A stretch of DNA of 64,000 nt from Cyanobacteria bacterium J06626_4 (GTDB lineage: Bacteria > Cyanobacteriota > Cyanobacteriia > Phormidesmidales > Phormidesmidaceae), in contig JBCBJQ010000001.1 in the NCBI GenBank assembly GCA_038523235.1, forward strand, positions 128,001 to 192,000. Direction: 5' to 3'. Position 1 is the stretch's first letter, and every line of letters begins with the position of its first letter. The notes under the pieces were generated by a model. The model ran no database searches. It was not told where the DNA came from and was given only the letters and a program-made list of their open reading frames with translations. Below are positions 21,097 to 30,589 of this stretch, piece by piece. A program made the position numbers and the translations under genes.

Positions 21097-23085
21097 TTAC
21101 CAGGCATAGCGGAGGTCTTGCTGAGTCAAAAAGGTTTGCAAGTCATCGACCTGATCAGTCACCACAATTTGGGCGGGGGTAAGATTAGGCGGCTGCGCCT
21201 CTCGTAGCAGCCAGCCGGCAGTCGCTCCGGCAGCAGAGCCCATACTCCATTCACCATAATGCACCCGCGTCATGGCATTGACGATGTGTGATCCGGCAAT
21301 GCTTTTGCCGCCAATGAGCAAGTTGTCAACACCGACGGGCACCAACGCCTCTAGAGGAATCTGCAACGGTTTCGCCAGCCGCTCGTTGACGCTCGCTCGG
21401 GTCGCCTCGTAGGAGGGTTGCCAATTGCGGTAGCGACAGCCGTGGATATCAATGTCGTAATGGGTAAGGGCGATCGCGGTGTTTTGAAAGTCGCGCCCGC
21501 CGCTGATATCGACCCGCAGGTCTTGCTCGGTCATCATAAATTGCTCTTGACCATAGGCCGGTCGCCCAATAATGCGACGGCCTTCGCGAATGTAGGGCAC
21601 CATGCTGAGCCCTGACTGGGTGCGCATCGGCCCGTCTGGGCCATACAAAAACGTGAGCGGCAGCTCAGCCGTCGCTTGGTTGTCAATTAGCCATTCGGCA
21701 AAAAGTAGGGCATGATTTTCGCCGTTCTTGAGGGCAGCAATCGAGAGTCCGCCCATCCAGTTTTGATATTGCCCGGTTTGCTCCAGCGCCTCTGGCCCCA
21801 GAATCAATGGGTCGTCCATGATGTTCCAATCATTACCCTGGGTCCAGTTGACCATGGTCATTTCGCCTGTGGTGGAGCGGCTCACCGCCGCATCGCCCGC
21901 ATAGCGGCTGACGATCCGCCGATAATTAAACAGGCCGCGATCGTGATACATCGGGAAGCCTTCCATGCCAAAAGCGCGACGATGCTCGGCCTTGGGCATC
22001 CCGGTTTCGAGTCGGGAGAGAGCCTGTTTGCTGCCGCCCTGGTCATCCACGATCGCCATCACAAACGGGTAGGTGAAGGCTTGAGTACATTGAGGATTTG
22101 ACTTCACCGGAGCGTTTAGCTCACCCAACACCTCTTTGCCATCGGAGCCGACGCGAAACGGCACTTGAGCCCAGGCCACTAATTCCCCGGTATCGGTCGA
22201 GTCGATCACGATCATTCGCTTGCCCGGTGGCGCTTGTAGGCGAATGGGAATCTTGTCGTACTGGTCAGTGCTCGACCAGGCATACCAGTCATAGAGTTCG
22301 CGCGAAAGCCGCCCTTTGGGCAGGTATTGCGGATTTTTAGGCACCCGCTTGACCGCGTAGACCGCCGTAATATTACGCCCAGCCGTGTCAAAAGCGGCCC
22401 CCTTAAAGGCCGTCGAGGTGGCCCAGCGACTATTGGGGGAGGCCCTCACAGCATTCTGCAAAAAGCTTTCAGCAGCGGCAGCTCCCTTCTCGGGTAGAAA
22501 GCAGAGGTCGCCGACCCAGCAGCTATTCGTCTCATAGGTGAACTGGCGATCGCTCATCCCCGTCCAGGCTGGCAAATCGACGGGCTGACTTCGAATTAGC
22601 CGTTTGAAGTCACGCCAGCTGGGCGAAAAATTTTGCACTGCCCGCATTGAGCGTGATTCATCAATCGCGGATACGCCCTGGGAGCTAATCTGCCCGCCCA
22701 ACCAGGGCGTCAGTTCAATCAAGCAGGTTTGAGCGCCCGTGCCCATGGCGTGAGCCGCGGCCCCGACCCCCCCTAAGGAACCGCCGACCACCACCACTTC
22801 GCATTCCCACACCTCTTGAGCGCGCGGCAGCGGCGAGAGATTGGGGCGACCGTTGGCTGCATGAATGTCATCTAATCCCACTAAGACCGGGCTATCGGTC
22901 AGCGACTGCCCAATCGTCGCCATCGCCACCGGCACCTCTAGATAGCCATAAGCGACATGAAACGCTTCTAATAGCAGGATGCCACCCAACACCCCGCCCA
23001 AAACCGCCATCGATAACAGCGTCATGCGACGTTTGCGTTGTCTCCGCTTGACGGCGCGGTGGCGATAGAGGCGGCGCGTGACCAT
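21097..23085 (-). CDS. Membrane-anchored FAD-dependent oxidoreductase
   Basis: Motifs VVVGGSLGGVGAA, WLGGQISSQGV, PYIREGRR and IPLEALVP, with an N-terminal TM. Confidence 0.85.
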   Translation of the reverse strand: MVTRRLYRHRAVKRRQRKRRMTLLSMAVLGGVLGGILLLEAFHVAYGYLEVPVAMATIGQSLTDSPVLVGLDDIHAANGRPNLSPLPRAQEVWECEVVVVGGSLGGVGAAAHAMGTGAQTCLIELTPWLGGQISSQGVSAIDESRSMRAVQNFSPSWRDFKRLIRSQPVDLPAWTGMSDRQFTYETNSCWVGDLCFLPEKGAAAAESFLQNAVRASPNSRWATSTAFKGAAFDTAGRNITAVYAVKRVPKNPQYLPKGRLSRELYDWYAWSSTDQYDKIPIRLQAPPGKRMIVIDSTDTGELVAWAQVPFRVGSDGKEVLGELNAPVKSNPQCTQAFTYPFVMAIVDDQGGSKQALSRLETGMPKAEHRRAFGMEGFPMYHDRGLFNYRRIVSRYAGDAAVSRSTTGEMTMVNWTQGNDWNIMDDPLILGPEALEQTGQYQNWMGGLSIAALKNGENHALLFAEWLIDNQATAELPLTFLYGPDGPMRTQSGLSMVPYIREGRRIIGRPAYGQEQFMMTEQDLRVDISGGRDFQNTAIALTHYDIDIHGCRYRNWQPSYEATRASVNERLAKPLQIPLEALVPVGVDNLLIGGKSIAGSHIVNAMTRVHYGEWSMGSAAGATAGWLLREAQPPNLTPAQIVVTDQVDDLQTFLTQQDLRYAW

Positions 23086-23306
23086 TGCAGGGAGGTTCTT
23101 AAGGATATCTAAACGTCTCAGAGTGTAGCAACAGAAACTCTGGACGGGGCACTTTCTGACTAATTATTCGAGGTAAATTCAATTTCAGACGAATATTTCG
23201 ATAGGGCAGTCCCTGCCGTCTATCTCAGTCGCCTATCCGCGAAGGCTCTGCTGACAGACACTCTCAGCGATCAGACTGCCAAGCCCTTCTGGCAATATCG
23301 GAGAGC

Positions 23307-23341
23307 AAAACAGCCGAGCCGTCCGAGGTGTCGGCTGTTTT
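23307..23341. terminator. Rho-independent terminator-like hairpin
   Basis: Inverted repeat AAAACAGCCGA...TCGGCTGTTTT downstream of the deacetylase gene. Confidence 0.6.
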
Positions 23342-23425
23342 CAGAGGCTCCGGACAAACAATAAAGGTATAGAAATTTACGCCGAAGCTAGCGCAGACTT
23401 CTGAGATCCCGCTGAGCGATCGCCC

Positions 23426-24283
23426 TCAAGGACACAGGCTACCGAAGTGACTACTGAGGGTTTTGAACTCGGCCCCCTGCGCCTTGGCCACCCCAATCGA
23501 AGCTGCCAGCCCGTGTAAAAGCCTTTGCTCAGCAGCAGTGAGCGAGGCCGGTCGCGGCCACTGACCATCGTGAAACACAATAATGCGCCCCTGCCCCGTC
23601 ACCACCGTCTGCACAATCTCTGCCACCGCCGAGTCACTGTTGATCGAGATCTCATTGAACATGGCGATACACATGCCATGGGCGTGAGCCAGGTCAACCA
23701 CTGCCTGGTCATAGCTCCCATAAGGCGGGCGAAACCAGCGAATGCGTAGATTGGGCAACTGCCAGTGCAGGAGTGCCAGACCGTCAGCAATCTCCTGCTT
23801 TTTCTGCTCCCAAGACAAGGTCGTGAGATCGGCATGGCTATAGGAATGCAGGGCTAATTCGTGCCCCTCAGCGACGATGCGCTCGATCAATTCGGGCCAC
23901 ATGGCCGCGTTGCGACCCAAGACAAAAAAGGTCGCCTTGACGTCATGTGCTTGCAGAATGTCGAGAATCAGTGCCGTCGCTTTGGGGCTAGGGCCATCGT
24001 CAAAGGTTAAAAATATTTCTGGTGAGCGATCGCTGAGCCAGTCGCGAATGGTGTCTTGGGTTAGATCAACGCCCCCTAGCACCGGCGGCTGCAGCGGTAA
24101 GGGAATTCTTGAAAATGACGGGGTGATGCCAGTGAGGGTCGCCGGATCAACGGAGCCTAGCAGCGAACTGACGGGACGAGCCCTTGCGACCGGCGGCACC
24201 GCAGCAGGATAGACGCGGTTGACCAACAGGCCCAAGAACGCCGAAATCACCATCCCAAATAAGAATTTCTTGAAGGATGGCAT
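23426..24283 (-). CDS. Polysaccharide deacetylase (CE4/NodB)
   Basis: Motifs LTFDDGP, ATFFVLG, HSYSH, FRPPYG and VFHDG. Confidence 0.93.
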   Translation of the reverse strand: MPSFKKFLFGMVISAFLGLLVNRVYPAAVPPVARARPVSSLLGSVDPATLTGITPSFSRIPLPLQPPVLGGVDLTQDTIRDWLSDRSPEIFLTFDDGPSPKATALILDILQAHDVKATFFVLGRNAAMWPELIERIVAEGHELALHSYSHADLTTLSWEQKKQEIADGLALLHWQLPNLRIRWFRPPYGSYDQAVVDLAHAHGMCIAMFNEISINSDSAVAEIVQTVVTGQGRIIVFHDGQWPRPASLTAAEQRLLHGLAASIGVAKAQGAEFKTLSSHFGSLCP

Positions 24284-24846
24284 TATCCTGAACGCATCGC
24301 CGGTAGCGGCAAATCACAGCGGCTTACACTGCAAGATTATCCTTGAAATCGCCGGCCAGAGAAAACAGCTTCAACAAAAATTCTCATCTAGTAAATGACC
24401 AGATAGCATCGGCTCTCAAGCTGATTGATTGAGGTCTTTGCCCCGCCTGGTTGCGTTTTTCCGTCTCGGGGGCGACATCCTGTAAACGTTCGCTGCAGTA
24501 GCTTGACAACCCCAGCGGTGCCCGCCTACCTTAGGCCATGCTCCCGTAGTTTGGGGCATGGCACTAGTAATAGTGTCAAACAACGCGATTTCAGGGTGTT
24601 GAGCTTTACAGGTGGTTACCGATGATCAAGCAAGTCGCTCGTGACTAGCCCAGCCGTCCTGGCTAGCCGCTAGTCAAACCAGCGGCATCAATGCGGGTTG
24701 GCGCTTAAATCACCTCCCCCAGCCCCAACCGTGGTCAGTCAGGATTTGCCCGGCTCCCATCCCGACTACTAGGGACGCTATTTTTGAGCCCCTCTCTAAC
24801 GCCTGTAACCAGTTTCGAGTCCCCTTAAATTTTCCCGGTTGCTCCG

Positions 24847-25749
24847 ATGTTAAAAGCTTTTACCAAAGCTGATTACCTAATTCGAGAAACCCTGCTGGGT
24901 CTGCGGCGCGGCGGGTGGATGAACTGGGCCGCGATTAGCACCATGACGGTGCTGCTATTTTTGTTTGGCGTCAGTTTGCAGGCCAGCTGGCAGCTCGAGG
25001 GCTTGCTCAATCAGTTTGGCAGTCAGCTCGAAGTGTCGGTGTATCTAGACAGCGGTGTGCAGGCCGATTCGTTGCAGGCGACGGTGGCCGCGCTACCCGA
25101 GGTAACGACCGTGGAAGCGGTACCCAAAGAAGCCGCTTGGCAAGAGCTGGTCACGGATCTGGGCATTTCTGATATTGCGGGGGCAACGGAACAGCTGAAA
25201 GGCAATCCGCTGGTCGATGCGCTGCGGGTCAAAGCGCGCCAGTCAGAAGCGGTGCCCACCTTAGCCGCCCAGTTGCTGAATCTGGAGGGCGTCAATGAGG
25301 TGCTGTATGTTGACGAAGCAGTGCAGCGCATCCAGCAGCTCAACGATGGACTGCGATGGTCCAGTTTCTTCGTAATTAGTGTATTGAGCCTGACCGCGAT
25401 CGCGGTAATTACGACCACGATTCGGCTGATTGTGATGGCTCGTCGCCACGAAATTGAGGTGATGCAGCTGGTGGGGGCAACCCAAATTTGGATCTATTTG
25501 CCCTTTATCCTCCAGGGCACCTTTTTTGGCTTAGTGGGTGCTGGGGTCGCCTGGGGATTGCTCATCGGGATTCACCAGTTTCTGTACGAGGTGGTGAACC
25601 AGCAGCCTGACTTTATTCAATTTGTCGTGAATGGCTTGCGCCTCACCTCTAAGCAGACGATTTTGCTGCCTTCCTCACTGCTGGGCCTCGGCTGCGCTGT
25701 GGGGCTGATGGGCAGCCTGGTAGCCGTGCGAAAATATGCGCTGCGATGA
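24847..25749 (+). CDS. ftsX: Cell division permease FtsX
   Basis: Four TM helices and TTIRLIVMARRHEIEVMQLVGAT. Confidence 0.9.
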   Translation: MLKAFTKADYLIRETLLGLRRGGWMNWAAISTMTVLLFLFGVSLQASWQLEGLLNQFGSQLEVSVYLDSGVQADSLQATVAALPEVTTVEAVPKEAAWQELVTDLGISDIAGATEQLKGNPLVDALRVKARQSEAVPTLAAQLLNLEGVNEVLYVDEAVQRIQQLNDGLRWSSFFVISVLSLTAIAVITTTIRLIVMARRHEIEVMQLVGATQIWIYLPFILQGTFFGLVGAGVAWGLLIGIHQFLYEVVNQQPDFIQFVVNGLRLTSKQTILLPSSLLGLGCAVGLMGSLVAVRKYALR

Positions 25750-25871
25750 GGTAGAACTGAGCAGACGAAACAAACGTTATTCAGCCTCAACGAACACTAC
25801 TATGTTGGCTCCCTAGCTCCCCTGCCCTCCACCTCAGAACGATGGACGAACGGACACATTAGTGGCGCTTG

Positions 25872-26057
25872 CTATCTCCGCTCTTCCTCATCTTCGAGAT
25901 AGGCGGTTTCTTCCACATCAGTGGTGTTCAGTTCGTCTTTGAAGCTCCGCAGGGTCTTGCCCAGGGCATTGCCTAGTTCAGGAATCTTTTTGGGGCCAAA
26001 AATCAAGAGACCGACCCCCAGCACTAGAATGACTTCAGTCCAGCCAATATTAAACAT
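25872..26057 (-). CDS. tatA: Twin-arginine translocase TatA/E subunit
   Basis: Sequence IGWTEVILVL..LLIFGPKKIPELGNALGKTLRSFK. Confidence 0.93.
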   Translation of the reverse strand: MFNIGWTEVILVLGVGLLIFGPKKIPELGNALGKTLRSFKDELNTTDVEETAYLEDEEERR

Positions 26058-26201
26058 AACCAGGGCTCCGTAGGGATATCTTAAGTGAGAGAACGAATCG
26101 GTTGGGCGTCATCAGGCAGCCATTCAGAACAACCCGGTTAACGCGATTATTGCCGGCAAGCGGGTCAGTCAAAGACTGAATTTACCGTACCATCTTCCCC
26201 C

Positions 26202-27404
26202 TTAAACACTGGCCTTGGCCGGTTCAAAGCGGATGTTGGCTTGGCGAAGCCGATGCATGGCTTCACCCAGGCGATCGCAGTCCGCGATCAGACTGACTCG
26301 CACGTAGCCTTCGCCCCCTTTGCCAAAGGCGTTCCCTGGGGTGAGCACCACTCCCGTTTGCTCTAGCACTGACAGGGCAAAATCGGTGGAAGACACGCCG
26401 GGTGGGCAGGCCACCCATAGATACATCGTGGCGCGAGTTTTGGTCACCTGCCAGCCCAGAGACGCAAACTCTTTGATGAGAAAGTCCCGCCGAGTGCGAT
26501 AGCGAGTTTGCACCGCTTCTAAATATTGGTCAGGCAGCTGCAGTGCCGTTTCAGCCGCTTTTTGCAACGCTGAAAAAATACCGTAATCAAGATTGGTTTT
26601 AAGCGTCCGCAGACCTTGAATGATGTGGCGGTTACCCACAACAAACCCGACCCGCCAACCTGCCATATTGTAGGTTTTGGAGAGGGTGTGAAACTCGACC
26701 CCAATCTCTTTGGCACCTGGAATCTCTAGCAGGCTCGTGGGTTGATAGTGATCAAAAGCAAGTTCCGCGTAGCACAGGTCATGCACCAGCATGATTTCGT
26801 AGCGGCGCGCAAAGGCGACAATCTCTTCAAAAAACTCGCGGGGCGCAGTCGCGGCAGTGGGATTGTTGGGATAGTTGAAGAAAAGAACTTTCGCCTGCTC
26901 CGCCACCGCATCAGGAATGGCAGCCAGGTCAATGAGCCAGTCATTATCTGCCGTTAACGGCAGATCGACAATTTGTCCCCCCGCGATCGCGGGGCCGCGA
27001 AAATGCGCCGGATAGGCCGGCGTGGGCACCAGCACCACGTCACCGGGATTGATATAGGCCATCGCCAGATGCGCCAATCCCTCTTTAGACCCCAGCAGCG
27101 GCAAGGCTTCACCGTTAGAGTCGAGAGTGACGCCATAGCGGCGGTGATACCAGCGGGTAATCGCTTCCCGAAAGCTACCGGTGCCCTCAAAGGGCGGGTA
27201 GCCGTGGTTAGCCGCATCTTGAATGGCACTATAGGCGGCATCCACCACCGGCTGGGGCGTCGGCCCATCAGGATTACCCATGCCCAAATCAATCAAGTCC
27301 AACCCGCGATCGCGGGCTGCTGCTTTGAGTTCTTCTAACCGGGCAAACACGTAGGGGGGCAGCCGTCGCACGCGGTCCGCCGGTTGCAGCCAATCCAGGT
27401 TCAT
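26202..27404 (-). CDS. Class I/II PLP aminotransferase (aspartate / LL-diaminopimelate aminotransferase-like)
   Basis: Motifs LGMGNPD, GSKEG, NYPNNPT, DLCY and SKTYNMAGWRVG. Confidence 0.9.
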   Translation of the reverse strand: MNLDWLQPADRVRRLPPYVFARLEELKAAARDRGLDLIDLGMGNPDGPTPQPVVDAAYSAIQDAANHGYPPFEGTGSFREAITRWYHRRYGVTLDSNGEALPLLGSKEGLAHLAMAYINPGDVVLVPTPAYPAHFRGPAIAGGQIVDLPLTADNDWLIDLAAIPDAVAEQAKVLFFNYPNNPTAATAPREFFEEIVAFARRYEIMLVHDLCYAELAFDHYQPTSLLEIPGAKEIGVEFHTLSKTYNMAGWRVGFVVGNRHIIQGLRTLKTNLDYGIFSALQKAAETALQLPDQYLEAVQTRYRTRRDFLIKEFASLGWQVTKTRATMYLWVACPPGVSSTDFALSVLEQTGVVLTPGNAFGKGGEGYVRVSLIADCDRLGEAMHRLRQANIRFEPAKASV

Positions 27405-27488
27405 GCTGACGATGCCTCTCATACAGAGCTCAACGCTCACGGTCAGGTGTGCAAAATCTATCAGATTTTTGCCCCCTAGCGACCAAAG

Positions 27489-28652
27489 TTAACGCTGAGG
27501 CGCAGATTTTTCATGAGAGGAGGACGCTGACGCTGAGGTGCCAGCGGACTTGGTCGCCTTCATCGGCGGGGTGGTCGTGGTCACCAGTGCGCCCATGAGC
27601 GCCTCTGGAGTGACCGCAAACGGCAAGTGGTGAATATCCGAGTCCGGCTGGCAGGCAATGGCGGCAGCCTGCTGCAGCTCACTCACCCGAACCTCCTCCA
27701 TCGCCATATCAGCCAGCGTTTTGGGCAGACCAATCGTGTCATAGAACTGAATGAGTTGCTGACGAGAGGTCGCAGCGAGAGCCGATTGCTGGGCAATTTC
27801 TTCTAAACGCAGCTGCACCAAAATGCCATAGGCCACTTTTTCGCCGTGCAGCATGGGATGGCTCGCCGGTAGATGGGTCAACCCATTGTGCACGGCGTGG
27901 GCCGCCACGGTGCGACATTGGGCACCACCCAGGCCGCCCATCACCCCAGCCAACAAAACACAAGCATCAACGACCTCACGCCAGTCGTCACCGCCGGGTG
28001 CGGCCAAGGCTCCCGGAGTTTTTTGCCAGAGGAGGTCACGGAGCACTCGCGCCTGCTGCACAGCGGCGATGGTCAAGGTATGGTCTGACGAGCCACTGCT
28101 GACGAAGCCTTCGTACCATTTGGCGAGGGCATCACCGATGCCCGCAATGAGGGTGCGCGGCGGCGCCGTGGCGATCAGGTCGTAATCCAAAATGAGTAAA
28201 TCGGGGCAGCGATCTAACGCGACGTCGTAGAGAAACGCGCCGGTTTCTGAATAGACATTAGACAGCGCTGTCCAAGCGGCACAGGTCGCCGCCGAGGTCG
28301 GCACGGTGATGACCGGTAGCTGTCTCTGATGGGCAATGAGTTTGGCGGCATCTAACGCTTTGCCGCCGCCCACCCCAATCACGACATCAGCAGCGTGAGC
28401 CTGAGCTGCCGCTTGGAGCTGACTGAGGGCAGTTTCGCTGCAGTCATTGCCATAGCTGGCTGAGCTGGCAGTAAGTCCCGCCAGCGCCGGCCTGAGAAAA
28501 GGGGCGGCGATCGCGAGGGTGTGATCGCCGCCAACTAGTAGGGGGCGTTGCCCTAACCGGGCAATTACCTCGCCGACAGTCGCCAGAACTCCGGCACCGC
28601 GCCTCACCTGGGCGGGTGCCACCATCAAGGTGGGAAACGTAGGTGTAGTCAT
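27489..28652 (-). CDS. Iron-containing alcohol / glycerol dehydrogenase family protein
   Basis: Motifs GVGGGKALD, PTSAATCA, GIGDALAKWYE, AHAVHNGLT and HGEKVAYG. Confidence 0.9.
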   Translation of the reverse strand: MTTPTFPTLMVAPAQVRRGAGVLATVGEVIARLGQRPLLVGGDHTLAIAAPFLRPALAGLTASSASYGNDCSETALSQLQAAAQAHAADVVIGVGGGKALDAAKLIAHQRQLPVITVPTSAATCAAWTALSNVYSETGAFLYDVALDRCPDLLILDYDLIATAPPRTLIAGIGDALAKWYEGFVSSGSSDHTLTIAAVQQARVLRDLLWQKTPGALAAPGGDDWREVVDACVLLAGVMGGLGGAQCRTVAAHAVHNGLTHLPASHPMLHGEKVAYGILVQLRLEEIAQQSALAATSRQQLIQFYDTIGLPKTLADMAMEEVRVSELQQAAAIACQPDSDIHHLPFAVTPEALMGALVTTTTPPMKATKSAGTSASASSSHEKSAPQR

Positions 28653-28669
28653 CGCGTCAAACTCAAGGA

Positions 28670-29197
28670 TTAGGTGTTGTCTTCAGCGGTAGAGGGCAGT
28701 GCTTGCAGGGCCGCTTCATCGAGCTGAATCGAGAAGGGGGGTTCGGCATCGCGTTGAGGGGCAGGCTGAATCTGCCCCAAATAAACCAAATTAGAAATGC
28801 CACCAGATTCATGGCGAATTGTACGCGCACGAATGGTGGGCGTATTCCCTCGGCTGCCTAAGCGGCTCGGCTTGAGCAAATTGCTGGCGGCCTGCTGCAG
28901 GGTGGCTTCCAGCTCAGGGGGGGTGATGGTATCAGGCACTTTGATGACGATTTGAGCCGCCCCAGAGTCATAAACGGTGTTAAAGGGAATCGCCCCCGGC
29001 ACGGTTGTGCGGGTAAACGGCTCAAAACTCAATCCCAGCAGCCCCCCGGTGAGCACCCCCATAAAACTGGTGATCCCCACCAGTCGAAAGCGAAATCCCC
29101 AGCCCAGCACAAAGGCCAGTAGGGTAATCCCCGCCATTGTCAGGGTGGCAATGCCGAAATACTTTGTGGCGACCAAAAATTCTGCAGGTGTTGGCAT
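28670..29197 (-). CDS. ycf51: Ycf51 family protein
   Basis: Motifs WGFRFRLVGITSFMGVL, VYDSG and LEATLQQAASNL. Confidence 0.85.
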   Translation of the reverse strand: MPTPAEFLVATKYFGIATLTMAGITLLAFVLGWGFRFRLVGITSFMGVLTGGLLGLSFEPFTRTTVPGAIPFNTVYDSGAAQIVIKVPDTITPPELEATLQQAASNLLKPSRLGSRGNTPTIRARTIRHESGGISNLVYLGQIQPAPQRDAEPPFSIQLDEAALQALPSTAEDNT

Positions 29198-29461
29198 CGG
29201 TTTCCGGGTTTCAGCTAAAGGGGGCAAACAAACTCAAGTCTGAGTTTGCATAAAGATTCAAGTGGTTTTGAGTACTGATGTTTAGTTTCTGATCGTATCA
29301 GTTTCATCGAGCTTTGCCGAAAAGCCTATAGAGAGCTTTGGGATCAACATTGCCCTGGCTGTGGGCATACTGGCTTGCACGGTACTTTCGCGATTGAGAG
29401 TATCATGTGCCAAGCCATGCCCCCTGTGCATGGATCCACTATTTCTATGAGGACAGGTTTC

Positions 29462-30076
29462 ATGCTGACATTTCGCCGCCGTGGGGTGGTTTCAGCTAGT
29501 GTCGCGATCGCCCTATTAGCTGCGGGCTGTGGCGAATCAAAGGTATCTCAGTGCAATCGCTTGGCTGAGATTGTCAACAAGGCGCAGGGATTTATGCCCG
29601 CCTTCGAAAGCAACATTCAAACCTTTAGTAGCAATGCCGCGCAGGTTGAAAGCTTAGACGACATCAAGGCCGCTGCTGACCAGTATGTGACGGCGGTGAA
29701 TGAGGTGGTCAGCGATTTAGATGCCCTTGCCGTTGAGCTAGACAGCACTGAGCTGGAAGATGAGGAGCTGATTGGTTATCGCGATCGCTATATCGAGATG
29801 GTCGCCGGTTTTAGCGGTGCCCTCAATCAAGCCAGCGACGCCATGGGCATCGTTCAAGAAGTTGAAGCTGAGGCCGACTTGCCTGCCAAAATTGAAGAAT
29901 CGCAGCAAGAGACGGTGCAAGCTGTCCAGCTAATTCAAGAGCTGTCGGTCGAAGAATCCACCATCATTAACGAAGTCAATACCTACTGTGGTGCAGCTGG
30001 AGCCGGTACGGCCCCCGAAGCAACGGAAGAAGAAGCGGCACCCGCCCCCGACGCCGAAGGTGGCGAAGCCCCTTAA
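29462..30076 (+). CDS. Hypothetical helical lipoprotein
   Basis: Lipobox LAAGC, then KVSQCNRL and a C-terminal YC. Acidic helical body. Confidence 0.75.
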   Translation: MLTFRRRGVVSASVAIALLAAGCGESKVSQCNRLAEIVNKAQGFMPAFESNIQTFSSNAAQVESLDDIKAAADQYVTAVNEVVSDLDALAVELDSTELEDEELIGYRDRYIEMVAGFSGALNQASDAMGIVQEVEAEADLPAKIEESQQETVQAVQLIQELSVEESTIINEVNTYCGAAGAGTAPEATEEEAAPAPDAEGGEAP

Positions 30077-30113
30077 CCGCTCAGGTCAGTCTTCTGCCAA
30101 GAACAGGTCACCG

Positions 30114-30167
30114 TTGAAACGTGAAATGCCCTCTCATTAGCTAATGAGAGGGCATTTCACGTTTCAA
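30114..30167. repeat. Perfect 54-bp palindrome, possibly a bidirectional terminator
   Basis: TTGAAACGTGAAATGCCCTCTCATTAG|CTAATGAGAGGGCATTTCACGTTTCAA: 27-bp arms with no spacer. Confidence 0.9.
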
Positions 30168-30186
30168 GCACTTTATCCTAATCCTC

Positions 30187-30296
30187 AGGACTTACGCAGT
30201 TGAATTCGATTTTGGCCCCTGTATCCCTAACTCTGGGGAAATCGGATTCAACATCCCCCAGAGTTGGGGAACCGAGGAGGCGTTTGCGTAAGTCCT
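30187..30296. mobile_element. MITE-like / small dispersed repeat
   Basis: Perfect 12-bp terminal IR AGGACTTACGCA...TGCGTAAGTCCT enclosing a second IR TCCCTAACTCTGGGG/CCCCAGAGTTGGGGA. Confidence 0.6.
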
Positions 30297-30391
30297 ATCA
30301 CGGAGAAAGGAGCAAGCTTTGCGCTGCTCGAAGGGTGGCCAAACTAGGGCTCGACAACAGTCGGCTCCTGCATGCATCAACCAAGAAGCAG

Positions 30392-30494
30392 TATGGCAGA
30401 GGGTAGAAAAATGCCGGGTTCAAGGTGCAGGGAAGGGCCTTGCTGCAAGCGATCCGACGATTAAAAGTGGCCAAACCTGACTGCGACTCGCTAT
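30392..30494 (+). repeat. Dispersed 103-bp repeat, copy 1
   Basis: Gap-free match to 37841..37943 with 14 mismatches by manual alignment. Confidence 0.85.
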
Positions 30495-30589
30495 CGCTTC
30501 AAGCCTTGGCTCTGACCAAATGGCAGCCCGACATATGCCAGCACAGGTTGGCCTCTATTTCAGAAAATTTGAGATTGGGGTTGGTGCGG

